Source of the DNA: a bacterium
GTDB lineage: Bacteria > Patescibacteriota > Patescibacteriia > UBA10025
DNA: 64,000 bases
Assembly (NCBI GenBank): GCA_021815445.1
Contig: JAKAGM010000002.1
Span: 159,511-223,510, forward strand
Direction: 5' to 3'
Both the position numbers and the translations under genes were made by a program. How positions within the stretch are numbered: position 1 is the stretch's first letter; each line of letters starts with the position of its first letter. Below, piece after piece: positions 37,082 through 47,385 of the stretch. Below the pieces are notes generated by a model. That model worked only from the letters and a program-made list of their open reading frames with translations, searched no databases and had not been told where the DNA came from.

Positions 37082-38839
37082 CTAGACGTCTATCACCACT
37101 GGTAGTATCATCGGGCGCCGGTTCGTTTTGCTAAAGAGAAATTGCCCTACGGCGTCCCGTACCTTGTTCCCGATGTAATTATCGTTTGCCTGGGATCGCG
37201 GATCGGCGTCTTTGAGCAGTAATTTCACCTTTTTCTTCGTGTCGTCAATCAGCTTTTTGCTCGTCTTCATATGCACGAAACCGCGCGAAATGATGTCGGG
37301 GTCGCCCACGATATCGCCGGTCTTCCTGTCCACGGTCACAATGATGACCACCATGCCGTCGCCGGCGAGCGTCTGTCTGTCCCTGAGGACGACATGCGAA
37401 ATGTCCCCTATGCCGAGTCCGTCTACGAAGACGTAATCGGTGGGAACTTTCATCGGCTGCAGACGAGGACTGCCTTTTACGAATTCAAGGATTGACCCGT
37501 TATCAAGCACGAAAATGTTCTGTTTCGCGAACCCTTCCTTCACCGCCAGTTTCTCCGCTTCTTTCAGGAAGTAGTGGTTCGCATAGACCGGCAGGAAGTA
37601 GTCCGGTCTGATTTGTTTCAAAACGGCCACCATGTCATCGGCGGTGCTGTGGCCGCTCGAATGGATGTCCATGATGTCGCTGTGGATGACGTTGTCGCTT
37701 AAGCGGTACATGTTGTCCTTGAGTCTTTGGATGGTGCGCTCGTTTCCGGGGATGACCGAGGATGAGAAGATGATCGTGTCGGATTTCGTGATATGGACAA
37801 ACCTGTGGTTGCCGTTAATGATGCGAGAAAGGACCGCGTTGCTTTCGCCCTGTGCGCCGGTGCAAATGACGATGAGCTGCCGGTCGGGGTAGTCGCGAAT
37901 GCGTTCGATCCCGATCAGGGCGTCTTTTTTCATTTTGATGTATCCGAGTTTCTTTGCCGTCTCGACATTCAATTTCATGCTGTATCCGTCGAGGGCGACT
38001 TTTTTTCCTATTGATTGCGCGTACTCCAGCACATGCTTGATGCGCTCAATTTGGGAGGAAAATGTCCCTATGATCACGCGACCGGGTGCAGCGTTGATAA
38101 TATGCTCAAGATTGCGGTACATAGTCCGTTCAGGCACACGCTCATGCACGCTCGTTGAGCCTAAGCTCTCGAGCATGAGGATTGTAGGTCGCGGAAGGCG
38201 GGCTAAGTGCGAATATTCAACGTTCCGTCTTCCCACAGGGTCTTTCTCAAAAGTCCAATCTCCCGGGTGAATAACGGTTCCGTGAGGAGTGGAAATAACC
38301 ACTCCGACAGCATCCATAATCGAGTGGTCAACGGGGAAAAAACTTACGCTGAATTTGCCGAACTTAAACCGTTCGTTCACGTTCTTGATGGTAATAGTCT
38401 TCAGCCGTTTCGCCGTACCTTTTTTAGAGTCTTCCTGCCTGTTTTTAATCAAAGCCAGGGTGAGCGGTCGGCCGATGATGAGAGGATTTCCGAGTTTTTC
38501 CAACAAGATAGGCGCGGCGCCTATGTGGTCGAGATGCCCGTGGCTAAAGATTACAGCGCGGATATTCCGCTCTTTTCCGCGCAGGTACTCGATGTTCGGG
38601 ATAATATAGTCAATGCCGAGCATGTCTTCCTCGGGGAATTGGACGCCCATGTCGAGGAGCAGGATGTCGGTGCCGTATTCAAAGACCGTCATGTTACGGC
38701 CGACTTCTTCCTGCCCGCCAAGCGGGATGATGCGCAAGCTGTCCGTTATCGGAACTTGAGTTACCTGCTGTTTCGCAGGCATCGGGCCGTGCGCGCTAAT
38801 CTGTTTTGGGTGGAATTTTTTTTGAAATGTTTTTTTCAC
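37082..38839 (-). CDS. rnj: Ribonuclease J (metallo-beta-lactamase / beta-CASP)
   Basis: Motif HGHLDHIGA, beta-CASP motifs, and an RNase J C-terminal domain. Confidence 0.9.
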   Translation of the reverse strand: MKKTFQKKFHPKQISAHGPMPAKQQVTQVPITDSLRIIPLGGQEEVGRNMTVFEYGTDILLLDMGVQFPEEDMLGIDYIIPNIEYLRGKERNIRAVIFSHGHLDHIGAAPILLEKLGNPLIIGRPLTLALIKNRQEDSKKGTAKRLKTITIKNVNERFKFGKFSVSFFPVDHSIMDAVGVVISTPHGTVIHPGDWTFEKDPVGRRNVEYSHLARLPRPTILMLESLGSTSVHERVPERTMYRNLEHIINAAPGRVIIGTFSSQIERIKHVLEYAQSIGKKVALDGYSMKLNVETAKKLGYIKMKKDALIGIERIRDYPDRQLIVICTGAQGESNAVLSRIINGNHRFVHITKSDTIIFSSSVIPGNERTIQRLKDNMYRLSDNVIHSDIMDIHSSGHSTADDMVAVLKQIRPDYFLPVYANHYFLKEAEKLAVKEGFAKQNIFVLDNGSILEFVKGSPRLQPMKVPTDYVFVDGLGIGDISHVVLRDRQTLAGDGMVVIIVTVDRKTGDIVGDPDIISRGFVHMKTSKKLIDDTKKKVKLLLKDADPRSQANDNYIGNKVRDAVGQFLFSKTNRRPMILPVVIDV

Positions 38840-38921
38840 AAAATTATGTTTATTATTTGATTATGATCTGTCACGCATACGTATTCGTGTAACGCGGTTT
38901 GCATGCGCCTGTCGGAAATTT

Positions 38922-39368
38922 TCATTTTTCCATTGGGATGTGTTTCGTCATTTTAAAATGGGGGAGATTCGTGTTTTTGCTTATATACTCCTTACCTACG
39001 GTTGTATATCCCATTTTTAGGTAGAAGGGCAACGCAGAGGTTCTGGCGTTCAGGGTGATATTTGAAAACTCATGCTTTTTTGCAATTTTTTCCGCGAAGG
39101 TCATTAATGCCCGGCCTATTCCCTTGCGTTGATGGTCTTCTGCAACCGCGACCTGCCGTATTTTTACCGTATCTCTGTCTATGGCAGTCATTACCAGCGT
39201 GCCGACCAGCTGATGTTCTTCAAAGCATCCGATATGAATATCATGTTCTTCTTTTACCAGGTCTTTTTTATCAAGACGTAATCCCAAGGGCTGGCGCAAT
39301 ATGAGATTTCTTAAAGCAACCGCCTCTTTGTATTCTTTGGAATTATATTTTATCTTCTGAACCGGCAT
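38922..39368 (-). CDS. GNAT-family N-acetyltransferase
   Basis: Acetyl-CoA binding motif VAVAEDHQRKGIGRALM. Confidence 0.75.
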   Translation of the reverse strand: MPVQKIKYNSKEYKEAVALRNLILRQPLGLRLDKKDLVKEEHDIHIGCFEEHQLVGTLVMTAIDRDTVKIRQVAVAEDHQRKGIGRALMTFAEKIAKKHEFSNITLNARTSALPFYLKMGYTTVGKEYISKNTNLPHFKMTKHIPMEK

Positions 39369-39449
39369 GTACTATAACGGACTATTTTGTCAGTCGGTAC
39401 TTACACAATGTTGCGTACAAGTGCGCCAGTTCTTGGGGAAAGGCCGACA

Positions 39450-39533
39450 ATGCCCTGGGGGAGATTTGAACTCCCACGACCTTGCGGTCATAGCGCTCTG
39501 AACGCTACGTGTATGCCAATTTCACCACCAGGG
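39450..39533 (-). tRNA. tRNA-Leu (anticodon CAG), type II with long variable arm; CCA not encoded
   Basis: Reverse complement folds as acceptor GCCCTGG/CCAGGGC, a 3-bp D-stem GTG/CAC, anticodon stem TAGCG/CGCTA with loop TTCAGAG, variable arm GACC-GCAA-GGTC, T-arm GGGAG-TTCAAAT-CTCCC, and discriminator A. Confidence 0.85.
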
Positions 39534-39645
39534 CTTAAACTTGGTAAACTCAATTCCGTTCTGACGGGATCCTCGTCCATCTGTGGCGGACGGGACAGTT
39601 GAGTTTACTCGCGGCCTCGACCCGCCAGGACGTACGACGGAGAAA

Positions 39646-41451
39646 TTATTTCCACGAACGCCTTGTCTTGATATACCAGTCCATCACGCCATTGAAGCGG
39701 TCTGCCGGCACTATCAGGCGGTCGGCGGTAATTCCCTTTATCTGCTTCGAAGAGGCATGAATATATGTAGGGGAAAAGAGAAAAATCGCGGGAATATCGG
39801 CGGCAAGAATATTCTGAAACTCGATGTATTTTGCCTCCCTGTCCTTGGCGTTATTTGTCATCCTCGCATCCTGGAGCAATTTGTCCACCTGCTTGTTGTA
39901 GTAGCTCGAAAGATTGAGTCCGGTACTGGAGCTCTGTGAAGAATGCCAGAAGGGGAACGGATCCGGGTCGAAACCGATAAGCTCGCCATAGAGAAGCGCG
40001 TCAAAATTTCTCGGCCGCAGGATCTCGCGTTCAATCCGGCTCTGGGGAATGACTTCGACTTCAACGCCGATATTAATTGCTTCCCAGTATTGTTTCAGGA
40101 GGTTAGCTGTCGCTACGTATTCAGGCTGGTCGACAGTCGTCAGTTTAATGCGGAGTTCCGTATCTTTTTTCTTGCGTACTTGCTGTCCTGCGAGGAACGG
40201 CCAGCCGTTGTCATCCAAGAGCTTTTTCGCGGCCTGTATGTCGAGCGGCTGTGTTTTTAGATCCGCATTATATCCGAGGAAACCGGGCGGGATAGGACCG
40301 TTGGCAATGGTACCGTCTTCCCCGAGCACTTGTTGCAGTATTGCTGCCTTGTCTATAGACATGGTAAGCGCCTGGCGGATGACTTTATCTTTCAGCAACG
40401 CGTTTTTCTGATTAAGAAACACCGCGGTGTACTGGGGCAGTTTCAGCGTTTGCAAGTTGATATCGGTATCGTCAGCCACCTTGCCCTTAAGGGTTCGCGG
40501 GATAAAGCTGACCCCCTCCACCGCCCTGCTCTTGAGCGCTTCAATTGCAGATTCAAAATCCGGGTACAGTTTAAAAGTTAACTTAGTAATGTACGGTTTC
40601 TGTCCGTAATAGCCGGGGTACACCGACAATGTATATGACTTGATGTCTCCCGCCTTATTTTTTTGGAGCGAGGCAAATTGGTACGGACCGGATCCTACTG
40701 GCCGGAGGTTGTATTCCGCGAGCCCCAAATTCGCCGAAGCGACGTCACTCCAGATGTGCGCGGGAAGTATGCCGAATGTCAGCGAAGATAGGAAAGGGGC
40801 AAACGGTTCGTCGATAGTAAACTTGATTGTACGATCATCGATCTGTTCCGCTTTAACGCCCTTTAGACTCGCCGCGAGCGGGCTTTTTGTCGCGGGGTCC
40901 TGGATCGTTTCGATGGTAAACATGACGTCGTTGGCTGTCAGGGGTTCGCCGTCGTGCCAATGCAGGTTCGGCTTGAGTTTTATGGTATAGCTTTTTTGGT
41001 CTTCGCCGATCTCATAGCTTTCCGCCAGGTCTGGAACTATTTTTTCCTGCTCGTTGAACCGCAAGAGGCCGGAATACATGAGCCGGACCAAATCAGTGTC
41101 TGTATCGTTGTTTTGCGCGAGAACGGGGTTGATGTATTGCGGCTGTCCGACTATCGCCTCTACATATTCACCCCCCGGTCGCGGAAGTATCGAGATATGC
41201 CGCTGGTAAAATCTAATGCCGAGAAAAATAAACGAAGCTACGGCAATGAGCAAAAAGCTTCTCACGATTATCCGCTCCTTGGGCGTGAGATATTTCGGAA
41301 GATATGAAAGTTGTTTCGTCGAGGGAAAACGGGATTTTGCGAGCGAGAACACTAACTTTTTTTCCCACTCGGCATGCTGCTCAAGAGTTTTGGGCTCCGA
41401 TATTCGCTTGACGCTCTTTGTGATGCTACTAAAAAAAGAGGGGCGTTTCAC
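39646..41451 (-). CDS. ABC transporter substrate-binding protein, family 5 (Opp/Dpp-like), N-terminally membrane anchored
   Basis: Family 5 solute-binding-protein-like sequence throughout. N-terminal TM segment IIVRSFLLIAVASFIFLGI. No adjacent permease or ATPase genes. Confidence 0.8.
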   Translation of the reverse strand: MKRPSFFSSITKSVKRISEPKTLEQHAEWEKKLVFSLAKSRFPSTKQLSYLPKYLTPKERIIVRSFLLIAVASFIFLGIRFYQRHISILPRPGGEYVEAIVGQPQYINPVLAQNNDTDTDLVRLMYSGLLRFNEQEKIVPDLAESYEIGEDQKSYTIKLKPNLHWHDGEPLTANDVMFTIETIQDPATKSPLAASLKGVKAEQIDDRTIKFTIDEPFAPFLSSLTFGILPAHIWSDVASANLGLAEYNLRPVGSGPYQFASLQKNKAGDIKSYTLSVYPGYYGQKPYITKLTFKLYPDFESAIEALKSRAVEGVSFIPRTLKGKVADDTDINLQTLKLPQYTAVFLNQKNALLKDKVIRQALTMSIDKAAILQQVLGEDGTIANGPIPPGFLGYNADLKTQPLDIQAAKKLLDDNGWPFLAGQQVRKKKDTELRIKLTTVDQPEYVATANLLKQYWEAINIGVEVEVIPQSRIEREILRPRNFDALLYGELIGFDPDPFPFWHSSQSSSTGLNLSSYYNKQVDKLLQDARMTNNAKDREAKYIEFQNILAADIPAIFLFSPTYIHASSKQIKGITADRLIVPADRFNGVMDWYIKTRRSWK

Positions 41452-41493
41452 ACGTTCAGAAAGTAATGTAGCGACAATGCGTATCCCGCACGG

Positions 41494-41721
41494 TTATTTC
41501 AGCATGACGTTCGCCAGCGACACTCCCAAGAAGAGAACGGCCAACACAATCGTTGTGATAAAGAGAACACGCTCTATTCCTCGTTTCGTCGTGTAGACGT
41601 TTCCGTCTCCCGACCCGCCGCCGAATATGGATCCGGCGTCAGCTCCCCGCGATTGCAAAAGGATACTGGCGGCCAAAAGGACCGAAACGATGATTTGTGC
41701 GAACGTAAGTACGGTCTTCAT
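41494..41721 (-). CDS. secG: Preprotein translocase subunit SecG
   Basis: 75 aa. Two TM helices flank the Gly-rich loop LLQSRGADAGSIFGGGSGDG, typical of SecG. Confidence 0.8.
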   Translation of the reverse strand: MKTVLTFAQIIVSVLLAASILLQSRGADAGSIFGGGSGDGNVYTTKRGIERVLFITTIVLAVLFLGVSLANVMLK

Positions 41722-41836
41722 AACATAAAAACTTCAAAATTTACGTAGATATACAGTACCAGAGCGCACCCTTTTTGTCAATCATGTCGTAATGCCGGAC
41801 ATTTTAAGACTTCCGAAGTAACCTTTGGGAAAGCGA

Positions 41837-41995
41837 TTAAGAAGTTCTCTTGTGCCGTGCCGGCTTCCGCATACTCTGCTGGATGGCGAAGACGCTTTTT
41901 CCGGAAACGCGCATCTTTGGCATATGCTTGCGGTGACGGCGCTCGGCCTTTTGCTCAAGTGAACGTTCAATCTGAATTATTGTGTGTTTTTTCAT
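41837..41995 (-). CDS. Hypothetical 52-aa highly basic protein, start overlapping the uvrC stop (ATGA)
   Basis: MKKHTIIQIERSLEQKAERRHRKHMPKMRVSGKSVFAIQQSMRKPARHKRTS. Below the ORF-track cutoff. Apparently translationally coupled to uvrC. Confidence 0.3.
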   Translation of the reverse strand: MKKHTIIQIERSLEQKAERRHRKHMPKMRVSGKSVFAIQQSMRKPARHKRTS

Positions 41996-43758
41996 AGTGC
42001 TTCTCGTATTTTTTTCGCTCTTTGCCGCCCGACTGCCTCTGTAAGTTTTTGCACTGAGGATTCGCGTATGCCCTGGAGCGAGCCAAAAGTGCGCAGCAAC
42101 TTTTTCTTCATTGCCGGTCCGACGCCTGGAATCTCGTCGAGGATCGACGAGGTTGTCGCCCGGCTGTGGCGCGAACGGTAGAATCTAATGGCGAACCTGT
42201 GGGCTTCATCTCTAATTCGCTGGAGCAGGTGATAGCCGTCGCTTCCCCCCGCCAGGCGCAATGGGCCCTGGTTCGCAGGTATATAGAGTTCCTCCTCGCG
42301 TTTTGCAAGCGCACAGATGGGGATCCCTGCCAGGCGATGCCCGAGAGTTTGGGTCGCCACTGAGAGTTGGCCCTTACCGCCATCGAGGATGATGAGTCCC
42401 GGCTTCGGCCAGTCAACGTGTCGCGATTCCGTGAACCGCCGGCTGAGCATTTCAGCCATCATCGCCGGATCGTTTGACCCGCGGACTGTCTTGATAGAGA
42501 ATTTCCTGTATGCATGCTTGTCGGGGAGGCCGTCGGTAAAGACAATCATGGACCCGACAGGGTGCTTCCCCTGGATATTGGAGATGTCATAGCACTCAAT
42601 GCGTTTCGGAATTGACGGGAGTGAAAGTGTATCGGCGAGTTCCTTGAGAGCGTGATGTACTTTCAGGTGGATGCCCCTTCTATGAAACTGGGTACGGAGC
42701 AAAAACTCTCGGGCGTTCCTGTGGGCGAGATCTGCCAGCTCCCGTTTCATTCCGCGGTGGGCGACGGCTATCTTCATCCCTGTCGTTTTTACAAGCGCCT
42801 CGGCATGGTTCAAACGGAGAGGGAGGTATGCACGGCGCACGTGCTCGGGCGCATTCAGGTAGTACCGCTCCATAAAGATACGAAGCAGGTTTCCGTCGGA
42901 TTCCCCCGAACTTTTTTTCATCAGGAAATCCTGTTTCCCGGTCAATTTTCCTTCGCGAACAAAAAGTACGGCAACGGCGCTGGTGTCGTCCTCCCGGGCC
43001 AGGCCGATGGCGTCAAAGTCCTCTTTGCGTATCGAGAGCACTTTCTGGCGAAGTTTCATTTTATGGATAGCGCGCAGCGAGTCGCGGTACCTTGCCGCCC
43101 GCTCATATAGCTGTTTGGCGGATGCCGAAGCCATGTCCTTTTCCAGTGAGTTTATTATGGGATCATACCGTCCCTGGAGGAACAGCAGGATGTTGCCGAT
43201 ATTTTCCAGGTATCGAGTTCGTTCTTGCGGGCCAAAAAGCTGGGCGTATCTCCTCGTGAGGTATTCCAAGTGGCGGCGCGTCGGGGCTTCCTCGAAGTTT
43301 CTGTGCGGAAAGAGTCTCCTGAGTTCACGGAGAGTCTGCCGCACCGAGTCTGCCGACGTGTACGGGCCGAAGTAACGCGCTTTGTCAGGCAATACTTTTC
43401 TAGATGTAAAGACGCGGGGAAACTCCTCATTCGTCGTTACTTTGATATAGAGAAAGTTTTTATCATCTTTCAGCTCGATATTATACGGGGGCTGGTGTTT
43501 CTTAATGAGTGTCGCCTCAAGTACGAGGGCGTCAGTCTCAGACTTTGTGATAATGGTTTCGATGCGGCCGATATTCTCCACCATCGCGTGTTTTGCCGAC
43601 GTGAGTTCAGAAGAGTCGTGAAAATAGGACCGCACGCGGTTGCGGAGGTTTTTCGCTTTGCCGATATACAGAAGTTTTCCCGTTGAATCGTAGAACTGGT
43701 AGATGCCGGGTTTCTTGGAGATAGAAGCGACGTGTTTTTGTATGGAGAGTGTTGGCAT
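41992..43758 (-). CDS. uvrC: Excinuclease ABC subunit C
   Basis: GIY-YIG domain (PGIYQFYDSTGKLLYIGKAKNLRNRVRSY), UvrBC-interaction and RNase H-like/HhH domains. ATG confirmed at 43758. The ORF-track extension to 43860 reads through a repeat cluster. Confidence 0.92.
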   Translation of the reverse strand: MPTLSIQKHVASISKKPGIYQFYDSTGKLLYIGKAKNLRNRVRSYFHDSSELTSAKHAMVENIGRIETIITKSETDALVLEATLIKKHQPPYNIELKDDKNFLYIKVTTNEEFPRVFTSRKVLPDKARYFGPYTSADSVRQTLRELRRLFPHRNFEEAPTRRHLEYLTRRYAQLFGPQERTRYLENIGNILLFLQGRYDPIINSLEKDMASASAKQLYERAARYRDSLRAIHKMKLRQKVLSIRKEDFDAIGLAREDDTSAVAVLFVREGKLTGKQDFLMKKSSGESDGNLLRIFMERYYLNAPEHVRRAYLPLRLNHAEALVKTTGMKIAVAHRGMKRELADLAHRNAREFLLRTQFHRRGIHLKVHHALKELADTLSLPSIPKRIECYDISNIQGKHPVGSMIVFTDGLPDKHAYRKFSIKTVRGSNDPAMMAEMLSRRFTESRHVDWPKPGLIILDGGKGQLSVATQTLGHRLAGIPICALAKREEELYIPANQGPLRLAGGSDGYHLLQRIRDEAHRFAIRFYRSRHSRATTSSILDEIPGVGPAMKKKLLRTFGSLQGIRESSVQKLTEAVGRQRAKKIREAL

Positions 43759-43798
43759 AGAGGAAGTATAGCTGGTTAGGGCCAGGTTAGAAAATCCC

Positions 43799-43824
43799 GA
43801 GCGCACCCCACCGAGGGTGCGCGA
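43799..43824. repeat. REP-like palindrome gaGCGCACCCcaccgaGGGTGCGCga
   Basis: GCGCACCC/GGGTGCGC inverted repeat; first of a three-hairpin cluster at 43799-43892. Confidence 0.7.
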
Positions 43825-43867
43825 ACCTTTGTGAGCGCGGGCGCAGCGGCCTGCGCTCACTCATCCC

Positions 43868-43892
43868 GCGCACCTTGGAGAAGGTGCGCTGG
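43868..43892. repeat. REP-like palindrome cGCGCACCTTggagAAGGTGCGCtg
   Basis: Perfect 9-bp arms with a ggag loop. The middle hairpin of the cluster (43831-43860) has stem tgagcgc/gcgctca. Confidence 0.7.
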
Positions 43893-43938
43893 GGTTAATA
43901 ATTCCACGGTAGAGCATGCTTTCCAGCGTGCGAAGTTT

Positions 43939-43973
43939 AAAAAAAGACCGCGTGATCGTCAGATCACGCGGGT
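43939..43973 (-). terminator. Rho-independent terminator (minus strand) for the 44000-44212 gene
   Basis: The minus-strand RNA reads CCGCGUGAUC-ugac-GAUCACGCGG followed by UCUUUUUUU. Confidence 0.65.
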
Positions 43974-43999
43974 GCCATAGATTTTGCAGCTGGAATGTG

Positions 44000-44212
44000 C
44001 TACTCATCCTGGCGAGCGCCGCGATTCCGGTTGCGGGTGAATCCGCCGAATGACCCGAGGAGTTCCCCGAGGTTGAGCTCGCCGCTTCCCTCCATGGCAA
44101 CCGTACCGACGATGCGAAGGTCAATGGCGATTCTCTTGGAAACGCGGCCTCCTACCGGGCGCCTGTTGCGCGACTGTCTCTTCGCTGGACGTGTGGTCTT
44201 GCGTACTGGCAT
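44000..44212 (-). CDS. Hypothetical 70-aa Arg-rich small protein
   Basis: MPVRKTTRPAKRQSRNRRPVGGRVSKRIAIDL.... GGAGG lies 4 nt upstream of the ATG, and a strong terminator follows. No recognisable family. Confidence 0.4.
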   Translation of the reverse strand: MPVRKTTRPAKRQSRNRRPVGGRVSKRIAIDLRIVGTVAMEGSGELNLGELLGSFGGFTRNRNRGARQDE

Positions 44213-44459
44213 GCATCCTCCAAGGTTAGTGGGCTCACTCCTACACAGCGTGAAAGACTGGCAAGAATAGCAGTTCCAAGAAAAAAGTCAAGTCCCTGGG
44301 CTGGCAGAGCAAACTCTGCCACTACATCTGCTGGCCCTGTTTCCCCCCGTATTATTGAATAAATAGGTCTTTCGCGCCCCAGCCCTTGACCTCCCTTGAC
44401 AGGGGGTGTATACTGGCATTCGCGTTTTCGACCTTCAGAAATCGTTTTTTCTTTACCCC

Positions 44460-47318
44460 GTGCCAAACAACTACGAACAAAAAATTCGCATCCGCGGAGC
44501 TAAGGTGCATAACTTAAAGAATGTCAGCATTGACCTGCCGCGCAACAAGCTTATCGTTTTTACCGGCCTTTCGGGTTCAGGGAAGTCCTCTTTGGCGTTC
44601 GACACCATTTACGCCGAGGGCCAGCGGAGATATGTCGAATCGCTCTCCGCATATGCCCGGCAATTCCTCGGCTTGATGGACAAGCCCGACGTAGAACAGA
44701 TTGAAGGACTTTCACCGGCCATTTCCATAGACCAGAAGTCAACATCGCACAACCCGCGTTCGACTGTCGGCACTGTCACCGAGGTATACGATTACCTCCG
44801 TCTGCTTTTCGCGCACGTCGGCAAACCGCATTGCCCGATTTGCGGTGACGTCATTTCACGGCAGACTCTTGACCAGATCAAGGCCCAGATTCTTAAACTT
44901 GCCCCCGGGACCAAAATTATTCTTCTCGCCCCCCTGATTAAGGACAAAAAAGGGGAACATAAGGCCGTGGTAGAAAAAGTGCGCAAGGCGGGGTATGTGC
45001 GCGTGCGGTTCGACGGGACGCTGTATACCATCGAGGAGGCGGAAGATTTAACCGTGGATAAGCAGAAGAAGCACACAATTGAAGTGGTCATCGACCGGCT
45101 GACGATAGAGCCGAACATGGACAAGCAGAGGCTTCACGATTCACTCGAGTCGGCGCTCGATCTTGGCGACGGTATTATCATCGTCCACCTTGTCGACCAG
45201 GCTAAGGATTTGCCCTTCAGCCAGCACTTCGCCTGCCCGAAAGACGATCTTTCTCTGCCGCCCATAGAGCCGAGGAGTTTCTCGTTCAATAACCCACATG
45301 GCGCCTGTCCCGATTGTACGGGCTTGGGCACGCGCCTCGAAATAGACGAGAAGCTCATTATCCCGAATCCCAAGCTCACGCTCGCTGAAGGAGCTATCCG
45401 CCCGTGGTCGCGCACGAGCTCCAACCAAACCTGGTACTCGCGCATGCTCGAAATGGTCGCCAAAGAGCACGGATTTTCCGTAGACGTTCCCGTAGAGAAC
45501 CTGACCAAACAGCAGCTCCAGATGATTTTCTTCGGCACGGGCACCAAGCATTACAACATCGAGTACGATTCTCAGAGGTTTTCTGGCGACGTGAGTTTGA
45601 CATTCGAGGGTGTGATTCCCAATCTCATGCGCAGGTACAAGGAAACGGAGTCGGATTACATACGCTCGGAGATTGAGCGGTATATGAGGATTTTTGCCTG
45701 TCCTACCTGCGGAGGCAAGAGGTTAAAAAAAGAGATTCTCGCCGTTACGCTTGCCGATAAGTCCATTGCCGACGTTACCGCGATGACCGTGGAGGACGCA
45801 AAAGCATTCTTCAAAACGCTTGCCGACGGACACGAACTTACTGACCGGGAAAAAACGATAGCCAAGGCCATTTTTAAAGAAATCAGGGAACGGCTTAATT
45901 TCCTGAGCAATGTCGGACTTGATTATATGACGCTCGACCGCGCGTCATCCACGCTCTCGGGAGGGGAGGCCCAGCGTATCCGCCTCGCGACACAGATTGG
46001 TTCATCTCTCGTCGGTGTTATTTACATTCTCGACGAGCCGTCCATCGGGCTCCATCAGCGCGACAACGCTAAGCTTATCGACACTCTGAAGCACTTGCGG
46101 GATCTCGGGAATACGGTCCTTGTCGTCGAACATGACGAGGAGACTATTCTGGCGGCAGACCAGGTGGTGGACATCGGGCCCGGCGCGGGCGGGCACGGCG
46201 GCGAAATAGTCGCGCAGGGTTCGCCTGAGCAAATCAAGCGGAATACGAAGTCGCTGACCGGAAGGTACCTGGCAAACAAAGAAAGCATCAGCCAGCCGAA
46301 ACAATACCGCAAAGGGAACGGCAAGAAACTGGTCATCCAGGGCGCCAGCGAATTCAACCTCAAAAACATTACCGTGAACATTCCGCTCGGCATGTTTGTC
46401 TGTTTTACCGGCGTTTCCGGATCGGGCAAGTCGACGCTCATGACAGAAATCCTGGCGAAGGCGCTCGCGCAACAGTTCTACCAGGCCAAAGACAATCCCG
46501 GGAAGCACAAAGCGATTCTCGGCACGGAATATCTCGATAAGGTCATTAATATCGACCAGTCGCCTATCGGGAGGACGCCGCGTTCAAATCCCGCAACGTA
46601 CACGGGAGTCTTCACCTACATTCGCGACCTCTTTACCCAGCTTCCTGAAGCCAAGCTCCGCGGGTACGGCGCCGGCAGATTCAGTTTCAACGTCGTAGGC
46701 GGACGGTGCGAAGCGTGCCAAGGAGACGGACTGGTAAAAATCGAGATGAACTTCCTCCCGGACGTGTATGTGGACTGCCAAGAGTGCAAAGGGAAGCGGT
46801 ATTCACAATCCGTTCTCGAAATCCATTATCGCGGGAAAAATATCGCCGATATTCTTGATATGACTGTTGAGGAAGCGGCAAACTTTTTCGCACACCAGCC
46901 TGTAATCGCCTCGAAGCTGAAAACGCTCCATGAAGTCGGACTCGGTTATATCCACCTCGGTCAGTCAGCTACCACCTTATCAGGCGGTGAAGCGCAAAGA
47001 ATTAAGCTTGCCACCGAACTATCGCGCCGGGCAACAGGGAGGACTCTCTATATCCTTGATGAGCCGACTACGGGGCTGCACTTCGACGATGTGAAGCGGC
47101 TGCTTTCCGTCCTCGACAAGCTTGTTGAAAAGGGCAATACCGTTCTCGTGATCGAGCATAACATCGACGTCATTAAGTGCGCGGATTGGATTGTTGACCT
47201 GGGTCCGGAGGGCGGTAATAAAGGCGGGGAAATCGTGGCTGAGGGAACGCCCAAAGACGTTGCGAAGGTCAAAAGGAGCTACACGGGTCAGTTTCTCAAA
47301 AAAATTGTGAAGCCATAG
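44460..47318 (+). CDS. uvrA: Excinuclease ABC subunit A
   Basis: Two ABC ATPase modules ([14 protein letters not shown]; [10 protein letters not shown]) and Zn-finger cysteine pairs. The start is uncertain: the ORF-track GTG at 44406 overlaps a TG-TATACT -10-like box at 44407-44414, so the in-frame GTG at 44460 ([14 protein letters not shown]...) is preferred. Confidence 0.9.
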   Translation: MPNNYEQKIRIRGAKVHNLKNVSIDLPRNKLIVFTGLSGSGKSSLAFDTIYAEGQRRYVESLSAYARQFLGLMDKPDVEQIEGLSPAISIDQKSTSHNPRSTVGTVTEVYDYLRLLFAHVGKPHCPICGDVISRQTLDQIKAQILKLAPGTKIILLAPLIKDKKGEHKAVVEKVRKAGYVRVRFDGTLYTIEEAEDLTVDKQKKHTIEVVIDRLTIEPNMDKQRLHDSLESALDLGDGIIIVHLVDQAKDLPFSQHFACPKDDLSLPPIEPRSFSFNNPHGACPDCTGLGTRLEIDEKLIIPNPKLTLAEGAIRPWSRTSSNQTWYSRMLEMVAKEHGFSVDVPVENLTKQQLQMIFFGTGTKHYNIEYDSQRFSGDVSLTFEGVIPNLMRRYKETESDYIRSEIERYMRIFACPTCGGKRLKKEILAVTLADKSIADVTAMTVEDAKAFFKTLADGHELTDREKTIAKAIFKEIRERLNFLSNVGLDYMTLDRASSTLSGGEAQRIRLATQIGSSLVGVIYILDEPSIGLHQRDNAKLIDTLKHLRDLGNTVLVVEHDEETILAADQVVDIGPGAGGHGGEIVAQGSPEQIKRNTKSLTGRYLANKESISQPKQYRKGNGKKLVIQGASEFNLKNITVNIPLGMFVCFTGVSGSGKSTLMTEILAKALAQQFYQAKDNPGKHKAILGTEYLDKVINIDQSPIGRTPRSNPATYTGVFTYIRDLFTQLPEAKLRGYGAGRFSFNVVGGRCEACQGDGLVKIEMNFLPDVYVDCQECKGKRYSQSVLEIHYRGKNIADILDMTVEEAANFFAHQPVIASKLKTLHEVGLGYIHLGQSATTLSGGEAQRIKLATELSRRATGRTLYILDEPTTGLHFDDVKRLLSVLDKLVEKGNTVLVIEHNIDVIKCADWIVDLGPEGGNKGGEIVAEGTPKDVAKVKRSYTGQFLKKIVKP

Positions 47319-47330
47319 ACCCGAAGAATA

Positions 47331-47353
47331 AAAAAACCCTCTCGATGAGAAGG
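47331..47353 (-). terminator. Rho-independent terminator (minus strand) downstream of the Zn-ribbon ORF
   Basis: The minus-strand RNA reads CCUUCUC-auc-GAGAGGG followed by UUUUUUUAUU. Confidence 0.45.
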
Positions 47354-47385
47354 TGGGGACTTTTCGCGTTGTGCGCGGGAACGAT

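Noticed and set aside
39387-39602. 71-aa ORF on the plus strand
   Set aside because: It completely overlaps the well-folding tRNA-Leu(CAG) on the opposite strand.
41782-41970. 62-aa minus-strand ORF between secG and uvrC
   Set aside because: A different frame holds a 52-codon ORF that is start-coupled to the uvrC stop. The 62-aa translation is Ser/Pro-rich with no start context.
41837-41995. Ribosomal protein identity (S21, L32, L34, L35) for the 52-aa basic ORF
   Set aside because: Family hallmark motifs (for example S21 RRFKR, L34 RTFQP) are absent; kept as hypothetical.
43759-43860. ORF-track N-terminal extension of uvrC (MSAGRCARAH...), and similar upstream extensions of gpmI (to 16099), the RNA methyltransferase (to 34167), plsX (from 12473), groEL-downstream ORF (56551) and the NUDIX gene (23529)
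   Set aside because: The extensions read through REP-like hairpins, terminators or neighbouring genes. Conserved N-termini of the protein families begin at the internal ATG or GTG with better spacing.
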